Shown here: positions 26,190 to 34,307 of the stretch, piece by piece
Numbering within the stretch: position 1 is the stretch's first letter
How the letters are laid out: every line of letters starts with the position of its first letter
DNA from: Kiritimatiellia bacterium
GTDB lineage: Bacteria > Verrucomicrobiota > Kiritimatiellia > RFP12 > UBA1067
Assembly: GCA_017629735.1 (NCBI GenBank)
Contig: JAGBWQ010000030.1
Location: 1 to 34,331 of the forward strand
Length of the DNA: 34,331 bases
Reading direction: 5' to 3'
The notes under the pieces: generated by a model
Databases searched by the model: none
What the model was told of the DNA's origin: nothing
Seen by the model: only the letters and a program-made list of their open reading frames with translations
Translations under genes and position numbers: made by a program

Positions 26190-27028
26190 TATCGCTCCGT
26201 CGGCAAGCCCCAAGAATCGAGCTTAGCCGCCATCCAATCGAAGGCCGCCTCGTGAATCTGACGCGACTTTCCACAAGGTATCGCAGGCCCACACGCCACA
26301 CGAATATCGCACGACGTATCAACTGGACCGAAATCTTTAAACACCTTGCTCAAAAGGCCTTTCTTGCGAGTCGGCTGGCACCTTGTATCAACTACGAGCG
26401 GTATGACAGGGCACCCTGCTCTTTCTGCAAGCTTTGCGCCAATCGACGAATATTTCGCACGGCTGAAAACTTCGCAGCGCGTTCCCTGAGGGAATATAAG
26501 GAAACTCTGGCCAGACTGAATTCTCTCCGTTCCAATGCGAAGAATATTCATCAAATCCTCACGCGGCGACGAACGGCTGATTGGGACCATTCCCATGTGG
26601 GCAGCAGCCTTTTCAAGGAACGGAAGATGCGCAAGAGATGCTTTAGCCACATAGCTAAATGGGCCGAACGAAAGCAGAATTGGAGGCAGAAGAATTGTCT
26701 CCGTCATAGACATGTGGTTGCAAAGATACACAACGGGACCGTCGACTGCGAGGCGATTTTCAAACCCTTCAACCGTCACATTCATACCAAGCTTTTCGGC
26801 AACATTCACCACGCCCAGGCACGCCTTTGCCCAGTTTTGCGTAGTAAGAATACCAAACGGCTCAGTAATGGCGCAGAAAGGAAATACTCTTGTAACTCCC
26901 CACGAATAACGAAGAGTGGCGAGCGCACTAGGACGCGCTCTTTTCTTCGCACGATGGCTTGGCGCAGTAGCATACGCGCCAGTCGAACGCAGTTCGTTTT
27001 GAAACTCACTCAACGACGTCGTTTTCAT
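26189..27028 (-). CDS. Lysophospholipid acyltransferase family protein (PlsC-like)
   Basis: VYLCNHMSMTE (HX4D-like), YVAKASL..PF, IFPQGTR, PVIPL. Start at ATG 27028 with SD ggag. Confidence 0.88.
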   Translation of the reverse strand: MKTTSLSEFQNELRSTGAYATAPSHRAKKRARPSALATLRYSWGVTRVFPFCAITEPFGILTTQNWAKACLGVVNVAEKLGMNVTVEGFENRLAVDGPVVYLCNHMSMTETILLPPILLSFGPFSYVAKASLAHLPFLEKAAAHMGMVPISRSSPREDLMNILRIGTERIQSGQSFLIFPQGTRCEVFSRAKYSSIGAKLAERAGCPVIPLVVDTRCQPTRKKGLLSKVFKDFGPVDTSCDIRVACGPAIPCGKSRQIHEAAFDWMAAKLDSWGLPTER

Positions 27029-27827
27029 TTTCTCCACCCTTCTCTGCTTTCGCTTGAGCTTCCTTTGCTTGAGCTTCCTTTGCTCTAGCCTCGCGTAGCT
27101 GACGCATTTCCTCACTCATCGCACTAAGACGCTCGCGCATTTCTTCGCGTTCAGCAGCATGCTCAGCTTCGCGCGCCGCTTCTTTTTCAGCCTGTGCAGC
27201 CTTTTCTTCCGCCTGACGCTTGGCTTCCTCTTCCTGGCGACTGCGCTCTTCCATCGCAATACGCTGTCTGCGCGACCTAAGCGATGTAAAACTTCTTGTC
27301 CCAAGCAAAGAAGAACGTCCTGCCGAAGCTGGGGCGGGGGTTGCCTCAAGCGTGGCTGGGGTTGCTGCGCCCTTGCGCTTCATATTGCCGCCGCCCTTTG
27401 CGGAATTATCACCAAGCGTAAGCTCAAGAGAAACGCCATCTTTCTCAAGCACAATAGAAGCCTTCTCAGGATCTGCATTAACAACCGTCCAACCGCCAGC
27501 AGTATCGCCTTCGCAAATAAAATAATGGCAGGGCTCCTTCGGATCGGAATTATCCGTAAAGCCTACTTCAACCTTCCCATCTTTCCTTACATTAATAACG
27601 GAAAAATGGATAGAACTTTTGAGCTTTTCCTGCTCAGCGGCAAGCTCTTTATCTGCCTTTGAATTGCGCTTTTGGACCTCGCTTGGCATCTTCGTGGGAT
27701 CGAAGCCTTCAGGCAATGCCCCAAACATCTGCCGCTCGATAATCGACTCATAGCGACTAAAAGGCGCTCTCTCGGCCGCAGCCGCAAACGAGAATACTGC
27801 AGATATTACTAATATGATGCGCTTCAT
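27006..27827 (-). CDS. Hypothetical exported protein, possibly GspC-like beta domain with a charged coiled-coil tail
   Basis: Signal peptide MKRIILVISAVFSFAAAA; YESIIERQMFG; beta-rich middle (...YFICEGDTAGGWTVVNAD...IVLEKDG...LTL); E/A/R-rich helix. Start at ATG 27827, 7 nt after a -10 box. Confidence 0.75.
   Translation of the reverse strand: MKRIILVISAVFSFAAAAERAPFSRYESIIERQMFGALPEGFDPTKMPSEVQKRNSKADKELAAEQEKLKSSIHFSVINVRKDGKVEVGFTDNSDPKEPCHYFICEGDTAGGWTVVNADPEKASIVLEKDGVSLELTLGDNSAKGGGNMKRKGAATPATLEATPAPASAGRSSLLGTRSFTSLRSRRQRIAMEERSRQEEEAKRQAEEKAAQAEKEAAREAEHAAEREEMRERLSAMSEEMRQLREARAKEAQAKEAQAKAEKGGENENDVVE
27052..27084. repeat. 15-bp perfect tandem duplication in coding sequence (AKEAQ x2)
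   Basis: gcttgagcttccttt at 27052-27066 and 27067-27081, plus partial gct. Confidence 0.85.
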
Positions 27828-27834
27828 TTGCGTA

Positions 27835-27843
27835 ATTATATCA
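27835..27843 (-). promoter_or_regulatory. Extended -10 (TGaTATAAT) 7 nt upstream of ATG 27827; predicted leaderless promoter
   Basis: Minus strand ttTGaTATAATtacgcaaATG. Confidence 0.7.
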
Positions 27844-27861
27844 AATTCGCGCCGCAATATG

Positions 27862-29394
27862 TCAGAAAAAGAGGTCTCGCTCGCCGCGGCAGGTATTCTC
27901 GTACTGCTTCAAAACTGTCGGGTAGAACTTCGGCAACCACTGACGAATCCCTTCAAGTTCCGATGCAATAACCTTTTCGCCAAGAGCCTTCGTCTCTTCA
28001 GAAGCGAAATCGTCGAGCCATTCGCGGAATGTAAGGACGGCGTTAATCTTACAGAACTTGCCCTCTCTACCAGTCTTAAGCGCATCCATAATGCACCCTC
28101 CTGTACGGCCGCAGCGATAGCCTGCCGTGCAGAAACTCGTGATAATGTCTCGGGAGGCAAGGTAGCGCACCATCTCATCAATAGAGCGATTGTCGCCAAG
28201 CATGAACTGCTGGCGCTCCTTCTCTTGATGAGCCTCATCGCTGAAATCACTGTATCCCTTAATGGCGATATTCGACGAGCAATCGAGCTGCGTCATGCCG
28301 TGATTGAGGACGCGATTGCGCGATGCAGGGCTCTCGCGCGCAGTTACGATCATTCCCGTATAGGGAACAGAAAGACGCGCAATAACAAGGATACGCGCAA
28401 AAGTATCATCGTCGATAAGCCAAGGCGACTCTTCTGGAACTTTCGTGCCAGAGGCCGGCTCGAGACGCGGGAACGAAAGCGTATGCGGCCCGATATTAAA
28501 CCATCTTTCGAGGTCGCGCGCATGCATGACTGTGGCGAGAAGCTCTTTTCTCCAGTCGCAAAGGCCATAGAGGACGCCAAGGCCGACATCGTCCACACCC
28601 GCCTCGAGACAGCGGTGGAACGCCGTAACGCGCCAATCATAGTCGCCCTTGACGCTCCACGAAGGATGCATCTGCTCGTAAAGGCGCCTGTTGTATGTCT
28701 CTTGAAACACCTGAAATGTCCCAATGCCCACTGAGCGAAGAACCTTGAGATCTGCGATAGGAAGAGGCGCCGCATTAATATTGACGCGTCTTATGCCAAC
28801 CTTCGCTCCAGTGCGCGGCACAGTGACGACGCGATTGTAGCATGTCTCGATTGTCTCTGCGATATATTCAGTAGAAGTCGAAGGATGCTCTCCGTAGACA
28901 GCGATAAGGCGCTTGTGCCCGATTCTTCCAGCGAGAACATCAACTTCCTCTTTAAGCTCGTCCATAGTGAGCACGCGGCGCACCTGAGTCGAATTGCCAT
29001 CGCGAAAACCGCAATACTTGCAGCCGTTGACGCAGAGGTTCGACATATAAAGAGGAGCAAATACAACGAGACGATTATCGTAGACCTTATGCTTAATACG
29101 ATCGGCGGCAGCGCGCATCTCTTCGAAAAGCTCAGGATCGGTCACTGACATCAAAACGGCAGTCTCCTCGGGGAGAAGCGTCTCGCAGGTCGATTCGCTT
29201 TTCGCGATGATTTCGCGCACTCTAACGGGATCGGCAGGATTCTGAGCTATTTCGCTGATGCATTTATCGATAAGGGCCTCGTCAATAAAATGCTTTCCGC
29301 CAGGAAGATACTTATTTACCTCTTCCTTTATTATAAAGTTCTTGCGGTAATCGTCCGCATCTTTAAATTTTCTGATTTGAGAACAGTCTGCCAT
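27862..29394 (-). CDS. hydG: [FeFe]-hydrogenase H-cluster radical SAM maturase HydG
   Basis: FAPLYMSNLCVNGCKYCGF (CX3CX2C), IRRVNINAAP, IGTFQVFQETY, DDVGLGVLYGL, GPHTLSFPR, TARE. The C-terminal cluster domain SFCTAGYRCGRTG...FCKINA..TFREWL.D distinguishes it from ThiH. Confidence 0.92.
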   Translation of the reverse strand: MADCSQIRKFKDADDYRKNFIIKEEVNKYLPGGKHFIDEALIDKCISEIAQNPADPVRVREIIAKSESTCETLLPEETAVLMSVTDPELFEEMRAAADRIKHKVYDNRLVVFAPLYMSNLCVNGCKYCGFRDGNSTQVRRVLTMDELKEEVDVLAGRIGHKRLIAVYGEHPSTSTEYIAETIETCYNRVVTVPRTGAKVGIRRVNINAAPLPIADLKVLRSVGIGTFQVFQETYNRRLYEQMHPSWSVKGDYDWRVTAFHRCLEAGVDDVGLGVLYGLCDWRKELLATVMHARDLERWFNIGPHTLSFPRLEPASGTKVPEESPWLIDDDTFARILVIARLSVPYTGMIVTARESPASRNRVLNHGMTQLDCSSNIAIKGYSDFSDEAHQEKERQQFMLGDNRSIDEMVRYLASRDIITSFCTAGYRCGRTGGCIMDALKTGREGKFCKINAVLTFREWLDDFASEETKALGEKVIASELEGIRQWLPKFYPTVLKQYENTCRGERDLFF

Positions 29395-29415
29395 ATGAAA
29401 ATGTGATTTTTGCGT

Positions 29416-29424
29416 ATTATATCA
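29416..29424 (-). promoter_or_regulatory. Extended -10 (TGaTATAAT) 21 nt upstream of the hydG ATG
   Basis: Minus strand tttTGaTATAATacgcaaaaatcacattttcatATG; short AU-rich leader with no SD. Confidence 0.6.
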
Positions 29425-29456
29425 AAAACATACCCACTACCGCCTGACACTTAAAA

Positions 29457-29465
29457 TGATATAAT
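29457..29465 (+). promoter_or_regulatory. Extended -10 (TGaTATAAT) for the 29517 gene
   Basis: aaaaTGaTATAAT about 50 nt before ATG 29517; SD aaggt present. Confidence 0.55.
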
Positions 29466-29516
29466 ACTCTCTTATATTAGATACATCAATTTTTCTGTAA
29501 ACAAAAAGGTAGCATT

Positions 29517-30539
29517 ATGAACGAAAATACAGAACTTCGCAACATTGCCTGGAATAAGCTTTGGGGCGAGAAATGGTTTGGAAAAATTTTGTTCGCATCT
29601 ATTCTTCTAAATTTGATATCGCGCACCATACATAATCTGGTGAGAGATCTTTTCAACACATCCCTCCTTCAAGAAGAAAATATCAAAACGCTTCTCAATC
29701 AAGTAGCATCAGGCACAGCAGATTTTGGACAGCTTAAACATCTTTCGATTTTTGCCGTTGTCTTCTTATTTCTCGCTCTAATTACTGTAGGTATTACGAA
29801 ATTTGGAAAATCAATCATTCTCATCAATGCCGCTGAAAACAAAGTTGAAGGTTGGCTAGGTGCTGCATTTAGCGGATTCAAAATGCCGCTCGGATTGGCA
29901 GCCCTGTCATTTAGAGTTACAATGGTATTTATAGGCTGGAGCATTCTTGCGATACTTACATGCGGAATTATAGGAGCCTCGCTTTCATATCTCTTAAATA
30001 TACTTCCTGAAAATGAACTTTTACATATTGCTTCGCTTTGCATACTAACATTTATCATATCGTCGTTCTTTATTGCGATTTATTCCATTCCGATTTATCG
30101 TTACCGCTATCTCTATAGGCTTAAGGCAGACAATCCTGAATGGTCGGCGGGCAAATGCATGCGTAAATGCCGCGCCCTTACAAAGGGAGAGAAATGGCGC
30201 ATCTTCAAGCACGACTGTGCCTATTGGCGCATTCTTCTAGCGCCCATCCTCATTGTTACAGCCGTGATTTTATTAAAGGCTCACCAGATAATCACACTAG
30301 TTGCCAACAACTATTTGCCTAACACACAAGAAGGCACAATGCCTCTGCCCGAAAGCTTTGCTGCTTTCGCAAATCCTGAAGGCTTCATTGCATATGTATA
30401 TTTGGCAATATTCCTTCTTGCTTTTATCCTTTTCGCTATCGCAGGAATATACATATCCGTCGGACAGACCTTGCTCTACCGCAAAATAGTAAGCGAAAAG
30501 GCAAAAGCAATTGAAACAAAACAGTCCAATTTGATATAA
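29517..30539 (+). CDS. DUF975-like integral membrane protein
   Basis: N.ELR..AW.KL.G.W start; multiple TM; YRYR...L.ADNPEWSAGKCMRKCRALTKGEKWRIF; C-terminal Y...QTLLY. Confidence 0.75.
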   Translation: MNENTELRNIAWNKLWGEKWFGKILFASILLNLISRTIHNLVRDLFNTSLLQEENIKTLLNQVASGTADFGQLKHLSIFAVVFLFLALITVGITKFGKSIILINAAENKVEGWLGAAFSGFKMPLGLAALSFRVTMVFIGWSILAILTCGIIGASLSYLLNILPENELLHIASLCILTFIISSFFIAIYSIPIYRYRYLYRLKADNPEWSAGKCMRKCRALTKGEKWRIFKHDCAYWRILLAPILIVTAVILLKAHQIITLVANNYLPNTQEGTMPLPESFAAFANPEGFIAYVYLAIFLLAFILFAIAGIYISVGQTLLYRKIVSEKAKAIETKQSNLI

Positions 30540-30540
30540 T
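30532..30540 (+). promoter_or_regulatory. Extended -10 (TGaTATAAT) overlapping the stop codon of the DUF975-like gene, upstream of the sugar cluster
   Basis: atttGATATAAT contains the TAA stop at 30537-30539; SD aaggt before TTG 30567. Confidence 0.5.
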
Positions 30541-30566
30541 TTCTAGAAAAATAAAGGTGCTTAAAA

Positions 30567-30977
30567 TTGAAATCAAAAGACTTAGCACAGTTATTAGAAT
30601 TTCCAATTCATGGTGACAAGAATGGGAAATTAGTTGCTCTAGAAAAAGGAGCTGACTTTCCATTTGAGATAAAGCGCGTATATTATATTTGGGGAACGCA
30701 AGCCAATGCTGTAAGAGGCCGTCATGCGCATAAGAAGTTAGAGCAAGTAATCATTTGCACATCAGGATCTTGCGACTTCATTCTTGATAATGGCAATGAT
30801 TCTCAAACATTTCACTTAAATACACCTCATCAAGGTTTGTATATTAAGAATAACGTCTGGCGAGAGTTCACTAATTTTTCTCCTGATTGCGTCGTAATGG
30901 TGCTTGCAAGTGAACATTACAACGAAGAGGATTATATTCGTGATTACAAAGAATTTTTAAAAAACATTGAGCAATGA
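30567..30977 (+). CDS. dTDP-4-keto-6-deoxyhexose 3,4-ketoisomerase (FdtA/QdtA/WxcM-like cupin)
   Basis: GDKNGKLVALE..FPFEIKRVYYI, RGRHAHKKLEQ, GLYI...WRE..NFSPDCV.MVLASEHY.EEDYIRDY. Confidence 0.92.
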   Translation: MKSKDLAQLLEFPIHGDKNGKLVALEKGADFPFEIKRVYYIWGTQANAVRGRHAHKKLEQVIICTSGSCDFILDNGNDSQTFHLNTPHQGLYIKNNVWREFTNFSPDCVVMVLASEHYNEEDYIRDYKEFLKNIEQ

Positions 30978-32020
30978 CAATTGATAAAAACTATTGCATG
31001 AGCTCTTATCTCGCGCTTCGATACATCGAACGCGATGATGTAAACTTCTTTCCAGGAATGGCTCATAAGAACATAGCCCGATTGCCTAAAGAAAAAAAAC
31101 ATCCAGTAAGAACGGCTTACGAAATTGGGGAAAGCATTCGCCAACAACTGTCAGGCCTTAAAGAAAAGAAAATTGGTGTGCTACTATCTGGCGGTATGGA
31201 CAGCGCAATTGTCGCATCATATGCTCCTGGAGCGGAAGCCTACACCTTCAGGTTCTTAGGTGGTGAGTTCCAAAAAGAAGAATTATCGCGAGCCGAATAT
31301 TATGCACGAACATATAATCTGAACCTTCATTATGTAGACATCTCTTGGGACACTGTCATACATCACCTTGACGCTGTGATGGAAAGGAAATGTGCACCAG
31401 TTCACTCAATTGAGCCTCAAATACTCCAAGCTGCATTACAGGCAAAAAAAGATGGCATAGAAATTATGTTAGTTGGAGAAAGCAGCGATCTTGTTTTTGG
31501 AGGGATGGACGGTCTCCTCTCAAAAGACTGGACACTTGAAGAATTTGCCAATCGATATACATTCACAAACCCTGCTGATGTATTAACCAATCCTGTAGAC
31601 ATGAGTTATGTCTACGAACGATACCGGATAGGCAAAAACGGCATAAACTTTCTTTCTTTTATGGATGACATATTTTCAATAGAAAGTTCCAGTTCATATA
31701 TGAACGCTTTCGCTGTTGCAAATATGCCGTATTATGACCCCTATGCTGCATTTAAAATGTCCGAGCCGTTAGATTTATCTCGCATACGAAATGGTGAACC
31801 AAAATATCTAATTCGGGAATTGATGGCGTCTCGGTATCCTAACATTCCTGTTCCTGACAAAGTGCCTATGCCACGCCCAGTTGATTCGTATTTTAAGAAC
31901 TGGCAAGGCCCTTCCCGCCCTGAATTTAAACCAGATTTAAATATCACAACGTTTACTGGCAATCAAAAATGGCAGCTTTGGTGCCTAGAACAATTCCTCA
32001 ACAAATACGACAAGGAATAA
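30974..32020 (+). CDS. Stand-alone asparagine-synthetase C-terminal (ATP pyrophosphatase) domain protein
   Basis: PP-loop GVLLSGGMDSAIVA, AYTF, E...A...A, LVGESSDLVFGG, KYLIREL; no N-terminal Ntn glutaminase domain. Confidence 0.8.
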   Translation: MTIDKNYCMSSYLALRYIERDDVNFFPGMAHKNIARLPKEKKHPVRTAYEIGESIRQQLSGLKEKKIGVLLSGGMDSAIVASYAPGAEAYTFRFLGGEFQKEELSRAEYYARTYNLNLHYVDISWDTVIHHLDAVMERKCAPVHSIEPQILQAALQAKKDGIEIMLVGESSDLVFGGMDGLLSKDWTLEEFANRYTFTNPADVLTNPVDMSYVYERYRIGKNGINFLSFMDDIFSIESSSSYMNAFAVANMPYYDPYAAFKMSEPLDLSRIRNGEPKYLIRELMASRYPNIPVPDKVPMPRPVDSYFKNWQGPSRPEFKPDLNITTFTGNQKWQLWCLEQFLNKYDKE

Positions 32021-32026
32021 CCGACT

Positions 32027-32451
32027 ATGAACAAAACAACCATAGGGTACACAAGCGGTGTCTTTGACCTTTTCATATCGGGCATTTAAATTTACTCAAA
32101 AATGCAAAAGGTCTATGCGATAAATTAATTGTAGGAGTGACAGTAGACGCCCTTGTAAAATACAAACACAAGAACTCTGTAATACCGTTTGAAGAGCGCA
32201 TTGAAATAGTGCGGAACATAAAATGCGTAGACGCCGCAATACCTCAAGAAGATCTTGATAAATTCAAGATGTGGGAGAAAATCAAATTTGATGTACTTTT
32301 TGTCGGAGATGATTGGTATCAGTCCCCTAGGTGGAAAGCCCTTGAGCAGAAGTTCAAAAAAGTTGGAGTTCGCATTATATACTTCCCCTACACAAAAGGT
32401 ACGAGCTCAACATTACTAAACGACACCTTGAAAAAAATGAGAGCTTCTTGA
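32027..32451 (+). pseudogene. Glycerol-3-phosphate cytidylyltransferase (TagD-like), interrupted by a 1-nt frameshift (real lesion or sequencing error)
   Basis: ATG 32027 reads MNKTTIGYTSGVFDLF, then ISGI* (TAA 32087-32089). Adding one base in the T-run 32070-32073 gives ...[26 protein letters not shown]..., in frame with the 32137-32451 ORF ending YTKGTSSTLL (141 aa). Confidence 0.88.
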
Positions 32452-33746
32452 TTTCTTTTAACTCTATGAAGCGAATTTTTATTAGCTATTTACGAAAAAT
32501 ACTTAATCTTTTAATAGAATTTCCTTCTGACATATACAAAAATATATGCCGTAGCACTTTTTTACCGTTATGCAAATACAAAATAGCACAACAACAACGC
32601 AATAATTGTGCCATAAAAGTAGGTTTTTTTGTTATATCTAACGCAACCGAAATTTTTTGGGAACCGCTATACGACCTATTTAGTAAGGACAACCGCTTTG
32701 ATCCTTACATGGTTATTGTTCCTTATACTTATGCTAGCGAAGAATACAAGATTAGCACTGTTTCAAACCTTAAAGAACTAATTGTAAAATCAGGTCGTAA
32801 AGTTGTAGTAGCGGACGAACCAAACATAAGAGAGTCCGTTTGCTGCAGACATTTTTTTGCCTATGGCCTTGTTTTTCATATGGATCCATACACATGGCTA
32901 TGTAATCCAGAAACTCAAATGAGAAATTTAACACGTTCGCTAATTTTTTATACTCCATATTCTTATTGCATTGTAAACAAAGATAATGCCTTTGAGTTAA
33001 AGAGCCTAAAACACCCATACAAAATACTTCCAGAAACAAGATTACACATTAACTGCCATCAAAAATACGGTATAACAAAAGGCAAAAATGTATCGCCATT
33101 CTTAGGCTATATGGGCGTCCATAAATTATTAAACACTACCAAATGCCAATACAATTGGAGACTAAAAAAGTCAAACGTCAAAAAAGTCATCATTGCCCCT
33201 CACCATGTATTAGGACTCGGTAATATATTGCGACTTTCACAATTTTATTTACATCTTGCAAGGCACTATGAGAACCGAATTTCATTTGTTTTCAAGCCTC
33301 ACCCCTATCTAAAAGAAGATTTAAAGAAATATTGGAGCGAAACTGATATAAAAAATTATTATTCACAATGGGATAAAATGCCTAATACTCAACTAGAAGA
33401 AGGTGAGTACATAAATTTACTAAAAACATCTGATGCTATGATACTTGATAGCGGTGCATTCAACGCTGAATATTCACTTTTATACAAACCACTTTTTTTC
33501 GTTGAAAAAAAACCAAGACGCAAATTTAACGAAGTTGGAGAAAAAATCTTCAATGTACAATATCACGGCCACTCAGAAAATGAGATAATTGATTTCATTG
33601 AAAATGTAGTTCTAAACGAAAATGATATACTTTACACAGCTCGCAAAACATTTATTGACACCTATTTTTGGCCCCCAAACATCGATATCGCAAGAAACAC
33701 ATATGAATATGTCTTATCTACAATTAAATACTCAACAAAATACTGA
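32448..33746 (+). CDS. CDP-glycerol glycerophosphotransferase (TagF-like) family protein
   Basis: W..LY..F..D.RF, YTPY, IIAPHH, FKPHP.L, SDAMILDSGAFNAEY....KP; adjacent to the cytidylyltransferase. Confidence 0.8.
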   Translation: MISFNSMKRIFISYLRKILNLLIEFPSDIYKNICRSTFLPLCKYKIAQQQRNNCAIKVGFFVISNATEIFWEPLYDLFSKDNRFDPYMVIVPYTYASEEYKISTVSNLKELIVKSGRKVVVADEPNIRESVCCRHFFAYGLVFHMDPYTWLCNPETQMRNLTRSLIFYTPYSYCIVNKDNAFELKSLKHPYKILPETRLHINCHQKYGITKGKNVSPFLGYMGVHKLLNTTKCQYNWRLKKSNVKKVIIAPHHVLGLGNILRLSQFYLHLARHYENRISFVFKPHPYLKEDLKKYWSETDIKNYYSQWDKMPNTQLEEGEYINLLKTSDAMILDSGAFNAEYSLLYKPLFFVEKKPRRKFNEVGEKIFNVQYHGHSENEIIDFIENVVLNENDILYTARKTFIDTYFWPPNIDIARNTYEYVLSTIKYSTKY

Positions 33747-33749
33747 TTT

Positions 33750-34223
33750 ATGACAAACACCTTTATCCATGCACTTTCTGACGTCCAAACAAAGGACATA
33801 GGAGATGGAACTCGCATTTGGCAATTTTGCGTCATTCTTCAAGGAGCAAAAATAGGAATGAATTGCAACATTTGCTCACATTGTTTCATCGAAAATAACG
33901 TATGTGTAGGTAACAATGTAACAATCAAATGCGGTGTACAGCTCTGGGATGGGATAAAAGTCGGGAACAATGTTTTTATTGGTCCGAACACAACTTTCTG
34001 TAATGACAAACATCCTGTTAGTTGCAACTGCGAATATGACTGCCTTACAACAATTATTGAAGACGGCGTATCTATAGGTTCAAATGCAACCATTCTTCCT
34101 GGCATTAAACTAGGTACTGGTTGTATTGTCGGGGCTGGAGCTGTCGTAACTAAAAACGTCAAACCAGGTGCCGTTGTGATTGGAAACCCTGCACGAGAGT
34201 TAGTAAAACAAGCAACCACATAA
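33750..34223 (+). CDS. Hexapeptide-repeat sugar N-acyltransferase (WxcM/FdtC/QdtC-like)
   Basis: [72 protein letters not shown]. Confidence 0.92.
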   Translation: MTNTFIHALSDVQTKDIGDGTRIWQFCVILQGAKIGMNCNICSHCFIENNVCVGNNVTIKCGVQLWDGIKVGNNVFIGPNTTFCNDKHPVSCNCEYDCLTTIIEDGVSIGSNATILPGIKLGTGCIVGAGAVVTKNVKPGAVVIGNPARELVKQATT

Positions 34224-34257
34224 GGCACATCTATCGGCACTTTTAGCAAATAAAACA

Positions 34258-34267
34258 CCCCCCCCCC
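34258..34267 (+). repeat. Intergenic poly-C tract (C10)
   Basis: Ten consecutive C in otherwise AT-rich intergenic DNA. Confidence 0.85.
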
Positions 34268-34276
34268 GCTCAAGAA

Positions 34277-34307
34277 TTGCGAAAATTTCGTTGCGAAAAT
34301 TTCGCAA
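34277..34307. repeat. 14-bp tandem direct repeat whose second copy extends into a 17-bp palindrome (operator-like)
   Basis: ttgcgaaaatttcg at 34277-34290 and 34291-34304; TTGCGAAA-a-TTTCGCAA at 34291-34307. Confidence 0.85.

Noticed and set aside
26177-28734. Plus-strand ORFs of 303 and 306 aa
   Set aside because: Antisense to the plsC-like gene and hydG.
27862-29394. ThiH (2-iminoacetate synthase) call
   Set aside because: The C-terminal Cys-containing auxiliary-cluster domain and length fit HydG; no thi genes nearby.
32060-32090. Programmed -1 ribosomal frameshift in the cytidylyltransferase
   Set aside because: No canonical X XXY YYZ slippery heptamer with a downstream stimulatory structure is evident; a simple indel is more parsimonious.
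34277-34307. CRISPR array
   Set aside because: Only two abutting 14-bp units, no spacers and no cas genes.
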